Assembly: GCF_006345805.1 (NCBI RefSeq)
Contig: NW_021836180.1
Coordinates: forward strand, 124,001-188,000
Direction: 5' to 3'
DNA from: Octopus sinensis
Lineage: Eukaryota
Length of the DNA: 64,000 nt
The first letter of the stretch is position 1. Each line of letters opens with the position of its first letter. The notes under the pieces were generated by a model that saw only the letters and a program-made list of their open reading frames with translations, was not told the DNA's origin and searched no databases. Both the position numbers and the translations under genes were made by a program. Shown one piece after another: positions 61,927 through 64,000 of the stretch.

Positions 61927-63584
61927 TATATGTGAAGCGAGTATCCCACTCATCTCTTTCCAAAAGTATAAAAGTCCGTACGTTTTACGCATGCGTAGAT
62001 TTCACCTGAAACAGCAGACGACAAAATATGAAGCCCTCACCAGAAAACTCGATATGCTAGAAATAACAGCTAAACGTCCGAAAAATATCTTTTCCTCAGC
62101 TTAACGCCCTTTTTTCTGTTCTCTAAATCTTAACTCTCTGTATCTATTTGAATCTTGTTGCCATGCTACAAATTATCTTCGTGTTGTGTTTATAAAGAAA
62201 TAGTATTTGTATCAAGTTGAACTGCAACGAACCTGTGTGTGCTGCTACAGCCAATGCCACCATATATCAAGCAGGGGTATTAGAAAAGTTTTCCATTACA
62301 ATTTATGATTAAATTAATAAGTAAGATTAATATTTATAATGAATTTGCTATTTTCGATGGGTGTGCACCGCACACCAAGCACATCCAGAATATACGCCCC
62401 TGATATGTATGTGTGTGTGTGTGTGTGTGTGTTTCCTAAGAAAATTTGAAATGAAAAATTCTTTTTGGATCTTTTCTTTTTGATGGACGGAATTTTCTAG
62501 TTAACTAAAAAATTTGAAACTTCGTATACTGGTAGAATGTGTCAAAAGAAAACATTATTGGATCCTTTTTTTTTTCCATATTCATAATCACCGTATGTTT
62601 CCAGCAGGATTAAACAGAAAAAAATATGTTTTAAAACTGAAAAATTAAAAAATTGGGGTGGAGAAGGGGGGGGTTAAATTTTGAAAACGTGTTTTTATTT
62701 AAGCAAAGTCGCTCGTAATCTCCGATTTCGAAAACGTAGGAATCCAAAGAAAGTTATGAAAAAAAAAAAAAAAAAAACAGAAGGGGTGCTTGCACTTTAC
62801 CCCCACCAAGAAACCGATAGAATATGTGCTAGGTTTTAAAAATATGTCCTGGGGTCGATTTGTTCGACTAAAACACATCAAGGCGGTGCTCCAGCATGAC
62901 CGCAGTCAAATGCCTGAAACAAGTAAAAGATAAAAGGTACCCATCACACAAGTGCGTCTCCCACCCGACATCGACGGAAGCTGTATAGTGACCAAAATTA
63001 CTTTGTCGATTCATTCGACTAAGATTCCTTAAGGCGGTGCCCCAGCATGACCACAATCAAATCACTGGAACAAATAAATGATAAAAGAAAGGTAACAACT
63101 GGCCCCATGGCAAAATAACGGGTTAACATGCAGTTTACAGATGAAAAAAGAAAATAGTGTCAATATAAAAGTGAAAGCGAATTGCAATGAAATTAAAGGC
63201 GTCAATATCGCCATCCTATAATTTCAAGTGGAAAATATATCTTCATAGACAAGGGAGGAAAATAAGTCCGAATTAAAAAATAAAAAAGCATTTCCCAAAT
63301 AATGAATATAAATCATTTATAGAGAAAATAAATATTGATTATGTCACTAGTCAATGATGATCGAAGTCCAATATAGATGTTTTAGCAACTTTTTACAGAA
63401 AAGTAAAAGCAATATCACCAACTTCGAGGAAATAGATTTCAAAAAGGGGTAAAAATACGTTTAAAAGCAATAGAAAAACTAATGAGCACAAACTAATTAT
63501 AAGAAAAGACCGTTGTTTAGATTAAGTCATTTGTCAATTATCACGGTCCACGAAGAAGCTTTAAAATTATCGCAGTAAGTTGTT

Positions 63585-63760
63585 ACTTACCTGTTGAGAG
63601 AAATAAAAGGTGAAATATGTCTCGTTGATAAGTTTAAAGTTTATAATTCAAGAGGATAAAATAAACAACGGGTATATATCCGGGTTTCTTTTCTGCCAAA
63701 AGAAATTGTACGAAACGGAACTGCGTATATATGAAGTGGAAAGTAATCTTACAGATTGGT
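63585..63760 (-). promoter_or_regulatory. Candidate promoter plus leader exon, unit 3 (would serve copies D/C)
   Basis: Copy of 6130-6305, with donor at 63585-63593. Confidence 0.45.
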
Positions 63761-64000
63761 TGAATATCTTAATAGCTTAGAAGTTCTGTTCTCCACGTAA
63801 AATGCATCAACAGAAAAGTACGAGCAACCCGGTTAAGCGAGAAACGTAAATTCATTAATAAAACAAATTTTAAGTATAATACCAAAGCAGATGATGAACC
63901 AGATTATATAATAGTGCCCCACCAACAACAAATTAGACAGAGATGGGGAGGACGAAGAGAGAGAAAGAGAAAGAGAGAGGAGGCGTGGGAGAGGCCAGCA

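Larger units (their letters stand above)
59824..64000 (+). repeat. Third, more diverged partial unit matching 2601-6544 and 28817-32753
   Basis: Collinear, with substitutions, microsatellite length changes and a SINE replacing part of the MITE. Continues beyond the window end. Confidence 0.9.

Noticed and set aside
1-64000. CRISPR array, operons or prokaryotic defence systems
   Set aside because: The sequence is eukaryotic and shows no regularly spaced direct repeats with unique spacers.

Overview
This is AT-rich eukaryotic DNA packed with SINEs and microsatellites; the repeat content suggests an octopus/cephalopod genome (inference). The window is about 2.3 copies of a 26-31 kb tandem segmental duplication. 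Each unit carries, on the minus strand, two single-exon VWA5A-like (VIT + vWA) coding sequences: A (10267-11038, 5'-deleted), B (12044-14338, intact), C (36494-38792, frameshifted) and D (41896-44282, frameshifted). Each unit also has one candidate non-coding leader exon/promoter, and the two complete units each hold a copy of the same 4.2-kb Ty3/Gypsy-type LTR retrotransposon insertion. Main observations: (1) the paralogs are about 98% identical except for one exchanged, hypervariable linker, where B and D differ by 13 substitutions in 51 nt, all non-synonymous, as expected of a protease bait region under selection; (2) there is apparently one leader exon for every two whole-CDS exons, which suggests alternative choice of entire paralog exons; (3) the LTR element's primer-binding site is complementary to the 5' end, not the 3' end, of tRNA-Phe; (4) Penelope-type hammerhead ribozymes are present. 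The stretch from about 18 to 28 kb looks like unpolished long-read sequence, so copy number and frameshifts need read-level checks.
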